Origin: Pseudovirgaria hyperparasitica
Taxonomy: Eukaryota
Assembly (NCBI GenBank): GCA_010093815.1
Contig: ML996575.1
Direction: 5' to 3' (one strand)
DNA length: 64,000 bases
The notes beneath the pieces were generated by a model that saw only the letters and a list, made by a program, of their open reading frames with translations, was not told the origin of the DNA and made no database searches. A program made the translations under genes and the position numbers. Below, piece after piece: positions 63,749 through 64,000 of this stretch (the first letter of the stretch is position 1; each line of letters begins with the position of its first letter).

Positions 63749-64000
63749 ATGTCATCGCCACAAGGCCAGGACCGGGGAGACCCAATTTATATCACTTCGA
63801 CGATTCTGATATCAAATCTACACTGCATTTCGTGTATCAACAGTATACAAGATTGTATCACTCATTTGGCACATAATGCGGAACTCATCACCCATTCGAT
63901 CGTCGCACACTCTGTGACCATCCGTCACGATATCGATATCTCCAGCGACGCTATCCAAAACTGCCTCGATGATGCTGGATTTGATGTATACAGTGTTGCA
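63749..64000 (+). CDS. 5' end of a heavy-metal P1B ATPase (CrpA-type copper exporter), cut by the window edge
   Basis: Open frame missed by the ORF track: ...TILISNLHCISCINSI...SIVAHSVTIRH...IQNCLDDAGFDV, an HMA domain with CxxC. Confidence 0.75.
   Translation, partial: MSSPQGQDRGDPIYITSTILISNLHCISCINSIQDCITHLAHNAELITHSIVAHSVTIRHDIDISSDAIQNCLDDAGFDVYSVA

Overview
A gene-dense, intron-containing region of a filamentous ascomycete genome (short GT-AG introns with CTRAC/CTAAY branch sites; RIP-mutated repeats). The first 7.5 kb is accessory: two tandem HET-6-like heterokaryon-incompatibility genes, each with an AT-rich, RIP-mutated TIR element just upstream. One of these elements carries a nested solo LTR. 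The rest is mostly housekeeping: pmt4, PCD1-type Nudix, DUF2406, sec9, 2-hydroxyacid dehydrogenase, FAD monooxygenase, LanC-like protein, ogg1, U2AF65, AlkB, a Zn2Cys6 factor, GFA, ANCHR-like, cdc1, uba3, tel2, cdc26, a Cdc25/Acr2-like rhodanese, tRNA-Lys(CUU), pho89, a GRF zinc-finger protein and the 5' end of a CrpA-type copper ATPase. The most interesting signals are: (1) a Sec9 whose SNARE helices look strongly diverged, lying tail-to-tail with an unannotated decayed SF1 (Upf1-like) helicase relic and about 9 kb from the HET pair, a candidate SNARE-guarding allorecognition locus without a patatin-NLR; (2) one HET paralog with intact core motifs and one with altered motifs; (3) an unannotated spliced 77-aa hydrophilic ORF beside the LanCL gene; (4) a 6-nt micro-exon in uba3. 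All calls come from reading motifs by eye; no database searches were run.
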